DNA of 27,779 nucleotides from Chloroflexota bacterium (GTDB lineage Bacteria; Chloroflexota; Dehalococcoidia; Lucifugimonadales; UBA3495). Positions 6,564-15,597 of this stretch are shown piece after piece. The translations under genes were made by a program, and so were the position numbers. The notes under the pieces were generated by a model. That model ran no database searches. It saw nothing but the letters and a program-made list of their open reading frames with translations, and was not told the DNA's origin. Location of the stretch: NCBI GenBank assembly GCA_027623675.1, contig JAQBVF010000036.1:1-27779 (forward strand). The letters are read 5' to 3'. Position 1 is the first letter of the stretch. Each line of letters begins with the position of its first letter.

Positions 6564-7493
6564 CTATCTTCCCAATGAAAGCAGCTCTTCTGCTCGCCGA
6601 ATTCCGCCGCGAACGTCTTTTCGCCGGTCCGGGTCGCCGGGGAACTCCTCACGTGCTATCGACCTGATAAATTCTCCGCGGACCTTGTGGCGGTACAGCC
6701 ATCGTGTGTAGGTCTTGAGAATACCAGCGCGCTTTTCCGGTGCCCTTCCCGAAGGCAAGGACTCCTGGAATCGGGTTAGGTCGATAAGGGTCTTCTCTGT
6801 TTTCCGCTTGAGCCTTTCTGTGGCTTGGCTCACCGATTCCCCAGCAAGTGTGCGGAAAACAAGCTCCACATCCGGGGCAAGCATATCCTCGGAGGTATCC
6901 TCCACCACAAAACTATCCCTGTAATGCCAGGCGAAACCTGGCACGACGAGCCTGGCGTAATAGACCATAAATATCTCCATGGCCAGCCACCGGTAAGGCA
7001 GTCCCAGACCCTCAACAAAATCTACAACATCTTCCAAGGTCTGCCGATAGGCTTCGCACGCGGAGAAAGATTTCAACTCGTTCAGAAACGCCCGGACGGC
7101 GGAGGTTGCGCAATCGATGGCCACCGCCGGGACTTCTGAATCGCTCCCGACTATGAACCCACTGCCCTCATCCCAGTCCAGCGTCTGCCAAGGAACCCCC
7201 GCCACTTCAGCGAGTTGAGTGATGGCCTCGATTGCAATGTCACACTTATGCTTTAACGGAGTTGCCTCAGCCCAGCCATCGATACGCTCGTTGATGCTAT
7301 CGTCATCAAAAATTAATTGAAGGAGTTCCCCTCGTACGAGCACGTGGGCGGCGTTGTCGCCCTCGCTATCGCCGAGAAGGCCGTCACGCTCCGGTATCGT
7401 TTCCGTGCGCCACTCCGCGAGCGCCGCTATCCAAGACTCTTGCAAGGCTAGGCTAATCGGATTGCCTTCGAACCTACCGATTGACTGCGGCAC
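6564..7493 (-). CDS. Hypothetical protein with basic C-terminal HTH-like segment
   Basis: 309-aa ORF starting 8 bp after the integrase stop; acidic body, basic C-terminus YTRWLYRHKVRGEFIRSIAREEF...VRGGIRRAEELL. Confidence 0.75.
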   Translation of the reverse strand: MPQSIGRFEGNPISLALQESWIAALAEWRTETIPERDGLLGDSEGDNAAHVLVRGELLQLIFDDDSINERIDGWAEATPLKHKCDIAIEAITQLAEVAGVPWQTLDWDEGSGFIVGSDSEVPAVAIDCATSAVRAFLNELKSFSACEAYRQTLEDVVDFVEGLGLPYRWLAMEIFMVYYARLVVPGFAWHYRDSFVVEDTSEDMLAPDVELVFRTLAGESVSQATERLKRKTEKTLIDLTRFQESLPSGRAPEKRAGILKTYTRWLYRHKVRGEFIRSIAREEFPGDPDRRKDVRGGIRRAEELLSLGR

Positions 7494-7501
7494 GGCCGAC
7501 T

Positions 7502-8446
7502 CTACCTCACGTTCAGCCGGTCACCCGGCGACAACTTCTTGTGGGCGTTGATGGCCCGCTCGCCCGCGTTGGCCTTTGCGTAACGACTAACCATGGCATA
7601 GTTTTCCCAACCACCCAATTCTTTGAGATCCCCTTCCTGGCCACCGGCAGCGAGGTATTCCATCGCAAATCCTCGACGGAAAGCGTGGGCACCACGGAAC
7701 TTTACGCCCGCGTTGTTGAACCGTCTTACCAGCACCATTCGCAGACCATTCAAGGCCAGACTCCTGTTTGCGGACCCGACCCATAGCCACTCAGACTTGA
7801 CGGGCCGCTTTCGGAGATACCTTTCAATCGCTTGAGCAGCTTTACCGCCTATCGACACCCGGCGTTGCTTGTTGGCCTTGCCCGTGACGATGATTGTCCG
7901 GTCTCGCCAATCCAGGTCATCAACTTTCATCCCGCAAAGTTCGGCACCACGGACACCTGAATCGTATAGCACCATGATGATTGCCGTGTCCCGAAGGTCA
8001 TGGGTGGTGGCCTTCCCGATGGATTTGACCACCTGCTCCACTTCATGTGGTTGGTAATATGCCTGAATCTCGTCAGGTATCTTGGGTGGGTCAACGCGGT
8101 CCATGGGATTGTCTGTCCGCTCTTCTTCGCTCACACACCAGTTGAAAAACCGGTTTAGAGACCGGTAGCGGACCGAAACGGTAGCGGGCTTGTTGCCCTT
8201 CTGGTGAAGGGAGGTGAGCCAATGTCGAATGTGAGTGCGGTCCATATTTACCAGACCAGGTAAACCGAGGTTCCGGGCGAAGTCCGAAAGCATGGTGATG
8301 CTTTCTTTGTAGATGTGAATGGTCTTTGGTTTTCTCCCCCCTGCCCCCAGAGCTAGTAGAAACCCGCGAATCAGGTCATCATCCGAGATAGGTTCGCGAA
8401 TCAAATTAGGTGCACTAATATCCGAACTAGATGATGGTGACACCAA
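7502..8446 (-). CDS. Tyrosine recombinase/integrase (XerC/D-like)
   Basis: SAM-like N-domain; RDTAII...DSGVRGAEL; GKANKQRRV; HAFRRGFA; LGGW...VSRY (Trp at the H/W position, catalytic Tyr); SD GGAGGT 6 nt before TTG. Confidence 0.95.
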   Translation of the reverse strand: MVSPSSSSDISAPNLIREPISDDDLIRGFLLALGAGGRKPKTIHIYKESITMLSDFARNLGLPGLVNMDRTHIRHWLTSLHQKGNKPATVSVRYRSLNRFFNWCVSEEERTDNPMDRVDPPKIPDEIQAYYQPHEVEQVVKSIGKATTHDLRDTAIIMVLYDSGVRGAELCGMKVDDLDWRDRTIIVTGKANKQRRVSIGGKAAQAIERYLRKRPVKSEWLWVGSANRSLALNGLRMVLVRRFNNAGVKFRGAHAFRRGFAMEYLAAGGQEGDLKELGGWENYAMVSRYAKANAGERAINAHKKLSPGDRLNVR

Positions 8447-8493
8447 AACAGCACCTCCAGAAAAGCTATATTTAGCTTCCCAGAAGTGCTGCT
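8447..8493 (-). promoter_or_regulatory. Long hairpin between tRNA-Arg and integrase that covers the integrase SD
   Basis: AGCAGCACTTCTGGGAAGCTA-AATA-TAGCTTTTCTGGAGGTGCTGTT: 21 pairs including G-U, one bulged U. Confidence 0.7.
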
Positions 8494-8503
8494 AACTGTC
8501 AAG

Positions 8504-8579
8504 TGGTGCCCCAGGTGGGATTCGAACCCACGACCCGCTGCTTAGAAGGCAGCCGCTCTATCCCCTGAGCTACTGGGAC
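8504..8579 (-). tRNA. tRNA-Arg(TCT)
   Basis: 76-nt cloverleaf GTCCCAG...GCTGC-CTTCTAA-GCAGC...GTGGG-TTCGAAT-CCCAC-CTGGGGC-A-CCA. Confidence 0.97.
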
Positions 8580-8670
8580 ACGCGTACCATTTTATCATGC
8601 GTGTCTGGCGGGGAGACTACCGGCTTGTGGTGGTTAATCCTGGGTCTGCCGCCATTTGTCTCCACGGTAA

Positions 8671-8768
8671 TCTTCAGATCAGTGTCTTCAGATCAGTGTC
8701 TTCGGATCAGAGTCTTAAGGCCGAAATCTTCCGGCCGAAATCTTCTGGCAGAAATGTTCGGGCCGGCC
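8671..8768. repeat. 14-bp-period degenerate tandem array (7 units)
   Basis: TCTTCAGATCAGTG x2, TCTTCGGATCAGAG, TCTTAAGGCCGAAA, TCTTCCGGCCGAAA, TCTTCTGGCAGAAA, TGTTCGGGCCGGCC. Confidence 0.8.
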
Positions 8769-8804
8769 CGCTGTCCATAGACCGGTGTAACGTCAAGCCG
8801 TAAA

Positions 8805-8878
8805 TACCAAGATTTACCAAAACTTTACCAATCCTTTTCCTTCTTAACGTTGCCTCGATTGATTTCCGGCCCTACACT
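8805..8878 (+). promoter_or_regulatory. Candidate promoter for the 1305-aa gene with upstream direct repeats
   Basis: TACCAA at 8805, 8815, 8826 (10-11 bp period); TTGCCT(8850)-17 bp-TACACT(8873). Confidence 0.55.
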
Positions 8879-9191
8879 GTCGCCTGGTTCACTGCTTGCG
8901 TTCAAAATCGGGCGAAATGTCGGCGCCGACCGGCGCCTAACCGATCGATTGAAGGGCATTACTGAAGTGGACTCGGCAGATATTCGATTCGGCCAGGTAG
9001 AGATGCCGGACCCATCTCAAGCTTGGCCATCGTTCCGATCGAAAAGACCAAAATGGTGCACGTTCCCCTCCGCGCATCATGTCCTGTGTCGGTGAAGGGT
9101 GGGTGGCGATTTGGTTTCCCAGTTGGTAGACCGAATAGTACGTTGTGTGCGAGTCGGTCCGATCATTTCATATCTATCAAGAGGTTGAACA

Positions 9192-12100
9192 TTGCAAGAA
9201 TCAAGCCGGTTAGCCCGGATTCCGAACTTGGTGTCCCCAAAGGCCATCGTCCTCCTTGGCCTGATCGCCGTGATGGCGTTGGTTTCCATTGGGACCGCCC
9301 GGGCCAGCAGTCACCAGCCATTCAGCAACGGCAGCTTCGAGACTGCCCTCAGCACCAGCGACTGGACCGTCACGGCCGGCAGTATTGATAGGTTGAGCGG
9401 CTGGACGGCTTCCGCCGGTTCCTGGAGCCTAGATCTAAACGGATCAACGCCAGGAACGATTAGTCAAACTTTTGACACCGTTGTTGGTCAAGATTACGAA
9501 GTGTTATTCGACATGGCCGGAAACTCCTATACACCGGATTTAAAAAGATTGGAGGTCTCCGCGGCCGGTCAATCAGCGGTTCACTCTTTCGACAACACCG
9601 GCAAATCCAACACCAACATGGGTTGGTTGGAGAAATCCTTCCTGTTCACTGCATCGGCCAGCGCTACCGACCTAGTCTTCAAAAGCCTTAACAACACAGG
9701 CGACCTTCGAGTCGGCCCGGCATTGGACAACGTGAGGGTCAATGTGGTTGTCGGGTCAGCGACGGTGTCGATCAACGACGATTCCGTCATCGAAGGCGGC
9801 AACCTGAACTTCACCGTATCCCTATCGAACTCGCTTTCAGAAGACGCGGTTGTTACCTACTCAACGGCCGACGGCACGGCCACGACCGCCAACAGCGACT
9901 ACACGGGTCAGACCAACCAAACGCTGACCATACCCGCTGGTCTGACCAGCGGCACAATAACAGTCGCAACCACGGATGACACCGACGTTGAACCGGACGA
10001 GACGCTGAACGTTAATCTAACCGGTGTTCTCGCCACCAACAGCGCCGTGGCCTCCGGTCCGATCTTCTGGACAGACTGGACCGGTACTTTTTCGGGCGGG
10101 GCAGGTCAAGGAACGATCACCACCGGAACCTCCACGGTTGGCGTGACTTATTCCAATCCCCAGGGAATATCGTTCTACCAGCCCGCCGGTGGCATTGATT
10201 ACTACGCGAACAACTTCTTCGGCACCAGCCGGGACCCCGCGACCTCGCCATTCACCAGCGTCGTTGTTCAGAACATCCCAACCGGCACCGACATCGTGGG
10301 TTTGCAGTATGCCGGTTCCCAGACGCTGACATTTTCCGAGATCATCGCCAACCCGGTGTTCTCCTATGTCAGCCTCAACGGAAATGGCTACGGCTTTGAC
10401 CAAGATTTCGAGATCCTGAGCTTTGGCGACCCGAGCGACGGCAACGACTGCGGTTACTGGGGTTGCGGCACTTCGTACAAGAACGTCGTCGACCTTGGCG
10501 GCGGAGCCTTCGAATACCAACTTCTGGGCACGGGGGAGCCGCACGGGACCATCAGGTTCCTCGGCGCTTTTGACACCCTGACCTGGAGGAGCCTCAGCAA
10601 CGAAACCTGGAACGGCTTCACGGTCGGCGTTCAGGGAACGGCGGCTGAAGTTAGCCTTAACGTTTCGGTCCTAGACGGATCCGGCCTGGGCACGATCCTG
10701 AACGATGACCAAGATGCGCCCGAGCTTGCCGTGAGCGGTGTTGTTGAATTCAGCGCCGGCGGCTCTCCCGTAATCGTTGGACCGGGACTGACGCTCACTT
10801 CTTCGGACCCCATCGCTCAAGCCAAGGTCTTGATCGGAACGGGATTCAACCCAGCCGAGGACACCCTTGGTGTCGCGGGCGTTCTCCCCGCGGGACTAAC
10901 CGCGGCCTACAACAGCGCAACCGGGGTCCTCACCATCAGCGGCAGCGGATCAGCCGCGGACTATCAGGCAACACTGCGGCAGGTGACCTACTCCAACTCC
11001 AGCGGCAGCCCGGACGCCACCGATCGCGAGATTACCTTCAGCATCGGGGCCGGTCTGGCCTTCTCCGACAACGGACATTTCTACGAATTCGTGCCCGTGG
11101 TAAATCTGAACTGGAACACCGCCAAATCGGAGGCCGAGGGCAAGACTCTATTCGGCCTGCAGGGTTACCTGGCGACCATCACCAGCGGCGGCGAAAACGC
11201 TTTCGTGTTCGACAGGCTGCAGGGCAACGGCTGGCTTGGCGGCAGTGACTTTGGTTCCGAAGGCAACTGGTCTTGGGTCAGCGGACCCGAAACCGGGACC
11301 CTATTCTGCGTCGGTCAATACACCTGTGTTCCTCAGGGCGGCGCCTACACCAATTGGGATGCCAACGAACCCAACAACGCCGGGCCAGAACACTATGCGC
11401 ATATGATCGGCAACACGGCGCTCAATGAAAGCACCTGGAATGACCTTCCGGTAACAGGCGGAAACGGCGCGTACGCCGTTCAGGGATACGTGGTTGAATA
11501 CGGCGGCAGCGCCGGCGACCCAGTCCTCCAACTCAGCGGCACGGTTACGGTGAAGATACTGGTTCCGCCCTCCGTAGACGCCGACAACGCCAGCGTGACC
11601 GTGGATGAAGGAAGCCCTGCCGCGAACAGCGGCACGTTCTCAGATGCCAATGGAGACACCGTGGCGGTCTCGACCTCGGTCGGGACATTGACCCAAACGG
11701 GAACCAGCAGCGGCACGTGGGCCTGGTCGTTCAATACCAACGACGGCCCCGCCGAATCGCAACTGGTGACCATAACCGCCAATGACGGCAACGGCGGCGT
11801 CTCCCAAACCACGTTCGATCTCATCGTGCAGAACGTACCCCCGGTGGCATCGATCACCGGCGCCGCCATCAACGAGGGCGGAACAGCCGAGGTTACGGGG
11901 ACCTTCAGCGATGTTGTCTCCTTGGACACCCATACGGTCACCATCTTCTGGGGTGACGGGACCAACGATGCGTTGGGCACGGTAACAAGCCCGGTCAACG
12001 CCAGCCACGCCTATGGAGACAATGGCAATTACGAAGTGACCATCAAGGTAACGGACAACGACCTTGGCAGTGTTGAGTCCTCCGCGACGATAGTGGTGGA

Positions 12101-13109
12101 CAACCTCGACCCAACCGTGGCGATAGACGCCACCGGCGTGGTAACGCTGCTGGGTCAAGATTACTTCACCGGCAAGGTGGGCATCGCCCAGTCGCACTCG
12201 GCCACCGCCGGTGATGCCGGGTCGGATGATCTGATCTTCGATTGGAGCTTCGCGCCCGACGCGGCCGTGGTGTCCAACACCCACTACAACGACGGGACCG
12301 GACCTGACCCGGCGGACAGCCCGGACGGCACCTACCCGTTCGACGCAACCGACACCGCCAGCGTTACCTTCGCTCTGCCCGGCATCTATACCGTGGCGGT
12401 GACCGCCAGCGACGACGACGGCGGCAGCAACAGCGACTCGATCAAAAAGCTGGTATTGGACGATTGCGACTGCGCCAAGAGCCAAGGTTTCTGGAAGAAG
12501 CAGTTCAGGGGCAAGGGCAAGGATGACCAGATCGACGAGTCGATCCTGGGTCTCTACCTGAACATCATCAACGATGCCAGCGGCATATTCGATGAGTCGA
12601 TAGCGCTGAGCGGCATCGCCGACGCCAATAGGATCCTAAATCCCGAGAAGGGCAACAACGGCAACGGCGGAACCGGCAACGGCAACAACGAGACCACCAA
12701 GGGCAGCCAAACCGGCACCAACCGCAAGAAAGACAAAGGCGGCTCTAAGAAGGGTACCAGCCCAGACAGCGGCGACGATTCAGCTTCCGATGAAGGTTCG
12801 ATCGCCAAGTCCAAGGAAAAGGCTCTCAGCCAGACCCTGGCCGCCTGGCTGAACTTCGCCAAGGGCGCCATTGCGGTCGACGAGATGATCGACACCGACG
12901 GCGACGGAATCGGAGACACCGCGTTCGGCGACCTGATCGCCCAGGTGGAGTCCATCCTGAGCAACCCCGACGCCACCAAGGCCGACTTGGAACTTGCCAA
13001 GGACCTGGCGGAGTCGGTAAACCAACATGACAAGGACAATCCGGACTGCGAAACCGGAACCGGCAGCGGAAACGCAACCGGGAAGGGAAGCAGCAAGGGG
13101 ACCAAATAG
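9192..13109 (+). CDS. Large secreted multidomain adhesin/lectin-like protein (DUF642/choice-of-anchor-C-like, Calx-beta, C-type lectin, PKD-like domains)
   Basis: Signal peptide ending ARA; FSNGSFE...WSLDLNG...GPALDNV; VTYSTADGTA...DDTDVEPDET; NGHFYEF...YTNWDANEPNN...WNDL; IFWGDG...HAYGDNGNYEVTIKVTDND. Confidence 0.9.
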   Translation: MQESSRLARIPNLVSPKAIVLLGLIAVMALVSIGTARASSHQPFSNGSFETALSTSDWTVTAGSIDRLSGWTASAGSWSLDLNGSTPGTISQTFDTVVGQDYEVLFDMAGNSYTPDLKRLEVSAAGQSAVHSFDNTGKSNTNMGWLEKSFLFTASASATDLVFKSLNNTGDLRVGPALDNVRVNVVVGSATVSINDDSVIEGGNLNFTVSLSNSLSEDAVVTYSTADGTATTANSDYTGQTNQTLTIPAGLTSGTITVATTDDTDVEPDETLNVNLTGVLATNSAVASGPIFWTDWTGTFSGGAGQGTITTGTSTVGVTYSNPQGISFYQPAGGIDYYANNFFGTSRDPATSPFTSVVVQNIPTGTDIVGLQYAGSQTLTFSEIIANPVFSYVSLNGNGYGFDQDFEILSFGDPSDGNDCGYWGCGTSYKNVVDLGGGAFEYQLLGTGEPHGTIRFLGAFDTLTWRSLSNETWNGFTVGVQGTAAEVSLNVSVLDGSGLGTILNDDQDAPELAVSGVVEFSAGGSPVIVGPGLTLTSSDPIAQAKVLIGTGFNPAEDTLGVAGVLPAGLTAAYNSATGVLTISGSGSAADYQATLRQVTYSNSSGSPDATDREITFSIGAGLAFSDNGHFYEFVPVVNLNWNTAKSEAEGKTLFGLQGYLATITSGGENAFVFDRLQGNGWLGGSDFGSEGNWSWVSGPETGTLFCVGQYTCVPQGGAYTNWDANEPNNAGPEHYAHMIGNTALNESTWNDLPVTGGNGAYAVQGYVVEYGGSAGDPVLQLSGTVTVKILVPPSVDADNASVTVDEGSPAANSGTFSDANGDTVAVSTSVGTLTQTGTSSGTWAWSFNTNDGPAESQLVTITANDGNGGVSQTTFDLIVQNVPPVASITGAAINEGGTAEVTGTFSDVVSLDTHTVTIFWGDGTNDALGTVTSPVNASHAYGDNGNYEVTIKVTDNDLGSVESSATIVVDNLDPTVAIDATGVVTLLGQDYFTGKVGIAQSHSATAGDAGSDDLIFDWSFAPDAAVVSNTHYNDGTGPDPADSPDGTYPFDATDTASVTFALPGIYTVAVTASDDDGGSNSDSIKKLVLDDCDCAKSQGFWKKQFRGKGKDDQIDESILGLYLNIINDASGIFDESIALSGIADANRILNPEKGNNGNGGTGNGNNETTKGSQTGTNRKKDKGGSKKGTSPDSGDDSASDEGSIAKSKEKALSQTLAAWLNFAKGAIAVDEMIDTDGDGIGDTAFGDLIAQVESILSNPDATKADLELAKDLAESVNQHDKDNPDCETGTGSGNATGKGSSKGTK

Positions 13110-13153
13110 AAGGCGGGTAGCCAACCGCCTGTAGACCAGGCAACTTAGGAAAG

Positions 13154-13186
13154 AGGAAGGCCGGGACGTAAGCCCCGGCCTTCCTT
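13154..13186 (+). terminator. Hairpin downstream of the 1305-aa gene, probable terminator
   Basis: AGGAAGGCCGGG-ACGTAAGC-CCCGGCCTTCCT, 12-bp stem; U-tract weak. Confidence 0.65.
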
Positions 13187-13330
13187 CTATCCTGGCTATC
13201 CTGGCTATCCTGGCTATCCTGGCTATCCTGGCTATCCTGGCTATCCTGGCTATCCTGGCTATCCTGGCTATCCTGGCTATCCTGGCTATCCTGGCTATCC
13301 CGGCTATCCCGGCTATCCCGGCTATCCCGG
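13187..13330. repeat. 9-bp VNTR, 16 units
   Basis: CTATCCTGG x12 followed by CTATCCCGG x4, no spacers. Confidence 0.97.
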
Positions 13331-13382
13331 GCGGGTGCTAGCCTGAAAACCGGACTTTAGCCAGGCACGAGCGGCACTGAAG

Positions 13383-14297
13383 ATGGCGATGAAACGAGAA
13401 AGAAAGGAACGGGCGCCGATACTGGAACCGGGGTTTTGGCTCGACGATGATCTGCGGGTGATCCAGCACCTGGGCGGCAGCCGCAAGGTCGACGTCTATA
13501 GCTGCTCCAGCAAGCGGTTGGACATGCTGGTCAGCTGCAAGGTGTTGCGCCCGGAGTATTGCATCGATTTCTCGGCCCTGGATGATATCCGGATAGAGGG
13601 TGAGCTCCTGCTCCGTCTACATCATCCCAACGTTGTCGAGGGATACGGCATGGAGCTGGAAGAATACCCAAGAATCATCATGGAACACCTGCAAGGCGTG
13701 ACCGTGGAATCGGCGTTTCTTTCTGGGAACTTCGGGGCCTTCGACTATCTTGACGCCGTCGATGTGGCCTTGGATGTGGCCAGAGGCCTGACCCACGTAC
13801 ACCAGCAGGGACTCCTGCATCTTGACGTGAAACCGGCCAACGTCATGTACCACGAAGGGCACGCCACCCTGTTTGACTTCAGCGTGGCCGAAGAATTCAG
13901 CGCGGGGGACACCCTGCGCGACGATGCGGGGACCACCGAGTATATGGCCCCGGAGCAGACAGCCCGCGAAGAAGTGGGCTATTACACCGATGTCTTCGGC
14001 CTGGGCGTGCTATTCTACCGACTGCTGTCCGGTGGAGCCTATCCCTACCCGGTGATGGAGGTCACTAAGGATACGGACGATGTCGGAAATTCAGGCGGGA
14101 CCAAAAGCAGGCTGGACTACGGTTCCCTCCCGGTCAATCCTAGCGTGCACAATCCCAATGCCCCTGAAGAACTGGGGGAGATAGCCTTGAGAGCCGTCCA
14201 GGTAGACAAGTCGCTTCGATTCGCCACGCCGGAAGAATTCTCCGCCGCGTTGGAAAAAGCCTTGAAGGCGGTCGGAGGCTGGTCTCCCGGCCCATAG
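13383..14297 (+). CDS. Hanks-type Ser/Thr protein kinase (soluble, kinase domain only)
   Basis: SCKVL (VAIK lysine), HHPNVV, LHLDVKPANV, LFDFS (DFG variant), GTTEYMAPE, DVFGLG. Confidence 0.92.
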   Translation: MAMKRERKERAPILEPGFWLDDDLRVIQHLGGSRKVDVYSCSSKRLDMLVSCKVLRPEYCIDFSALDDIRIEGELLLRLHHPNVVEGYGMELEEYPRIIMEHLQGVTVESAFLSGNFGAFDYLDAVDVALDVARGLTHVHQQGLLHLDVKPANVMYHEGHATLFDFSVAEEFSAGDTLRDDAGTTEYMAPEQTAREEVGYYTDVFGLGVLFYRLLSGGAYPYPVMEVTKDTDDVGNSGGTKSRLDYGSLPVNPSVHNPNAPEELGEIALRAVQVDKSLRFATPEEFSAALEKALKAVGGWSPGP

Positions 14298-14576
14298 CCG
14301 CAGACGTGCCGGCGATCCAAAGGTGGCTGAATCGCCTGAAACAGGCCTTTTAGCTCGGCGTCCTGCGCCGATAGGCTGAGATGATTAATAATCTGTGGCG
14401 TCCTCTTCGAGAGCGCGGGTCCCTTGCATCTCACTTCCGTTATGTCTGGTAACCCAGAGCCGTCATTGATTGCGATTGCCGTGACGCTCTGTCAAAATGG
14501 GGACTCCGGGCAACTGCACCGCAGACAGTTGAGCAGAGCCAAATTGGCCCTATAACTGGCAGGGAAGTGATGGGTA

Positions 14577-15527
14577 ATGGCAGATGAGTTACTGAATCTG
14601 GGATCCAAGCCGGAAGCCAGGATATTGATCGCCGGATGGCGGCGGCAATGGTCCGACGGGGGCGAGATCTCCAGCGGCCTCCCCCGGTATCTGATTAGCA
14701 AACTTGGTGCGTCCCAGTTCGGCGAGATGGGGCAGGAAGTCTCCAAGCACTGCTACCCGTTCCAAGTGCCGGGCACCCACGACACGTACCGCCCCAGAGT
14801 GGCCTATTCCGACGGCCTGCCCAGCCAACCCATGACCCGCCGCAACCGCTTCTATGACGCCGGTAACGGAGTGATCATTTTCCTGGGTCAGGAACCTTGG
14901 TTTCGGATCGACGTGTACGCGGATGCGTTCTTCCAAGCGGTACGGGAGTTGGGGACGCCCAAGATCGTGGCCGTGGAGGGCTATAATGGCGCCGCGCCGC
15001 CCGAGATGGAGCGCAGCGTTAGTTGCATCTACAGCCGCGCCGATATGAAAGAGAACCTCGACCAGTACGGCCTGCGTTACTCCAACTATGGTTCACAGAG
15101 CCGCAATGGCCCGACCATCGCCATGGCTCTCGTGACCCTGGCCCACTTCGAGCACCCGGAACTGGAGATGCTCCGGATGGGCGCGATGGCCCCCATGTAC
15201 CCGTTCCTGACCGCCAGCAACGACCCGGTGGGCATCAGCCGCGACCACCGCGCGTTCTATGACATCATGCGGCGTTTGAAGGCGATGTACGACCTGGACG
15301 TGGACCTCTCCGAACTTTTGGCCCTGGGCGAAGCCGAGTCTCAAGAGTTGATGGAAACACTAGACAAGATTGCCCAGACCAACTCTCAAGCCAAGGAACT
15401 GATCGAACGGGCCAAGGCCGACTTCAATTACACGCCATTCGAGACCACCTTCTCCCTGGACCCGGCGTTGGACCGGACACTGGAAGATATTCTCAGGAAC
15501 GCTTCCGACCAACCCGACGAGAACTAA
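14577..15527 (+). CDS. PAC2 (proteasome assembly chaperone) family protein
   Basis: LIAGWRRQWSDGG, YRPRVAYSDG, IFLGQEPWF, terminal 'LDVDLSEL...' helix typical of PAC2-family proteins. Confidence 0.75.
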   Translation: MADELLNLGSKPEARILIAGWRRQWSDGGEISSGLPRYLISKLGASQFGEMGQEVSKHCYPFQVPGTHDTYRPRVAYSDGLPSQPMTRRNRFYDAGNGVIIFLGQEPWFRIDVYADAFFQAVRELGTPKIVAVEGYNGAAPPEMERSVSCIYSRADMKENLDQYGLRYSNYGSQSRNGPTIAMALVTLAHFEHPELEMLRMGAMAPMYPFLTASNDPVGISRDHRAFYDIMRRLKAMYDLDVDLSELLALGEAESQELMETLDKIAQTNSQAKELIERAKADFNYTPFETTFSLDPALDRTLEDILRNASDQPDEN

Positions 15528-15597
15528 ACCAACGCCCCGGACCTGCCGAACGAGACCCAAGTGTCAGCCAGGTTCCCTACGACTGCCATTCGCCGGG

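Larger units (their letters stand above)
1..8503 (-). mobile_element. tRNA-Arg-integrated genomic island/integrative element (left boundary not identified, may lie outside the window)
   Basis: Tyrosine integrase starts 57 bp downstream of the tRNA-Arg CCA; followed co-directionally by excisionase-like HTH, AbrB-type regulator, helicase and resolvase. No duplicate of the tRNA-Arg 3' end was seen in the window. Confidence 0.8.

Noticed and set aside
13187..13330. CRISPR array
   Set aside because: 9-bp head-to-tail units with no spacers; no cas genes.
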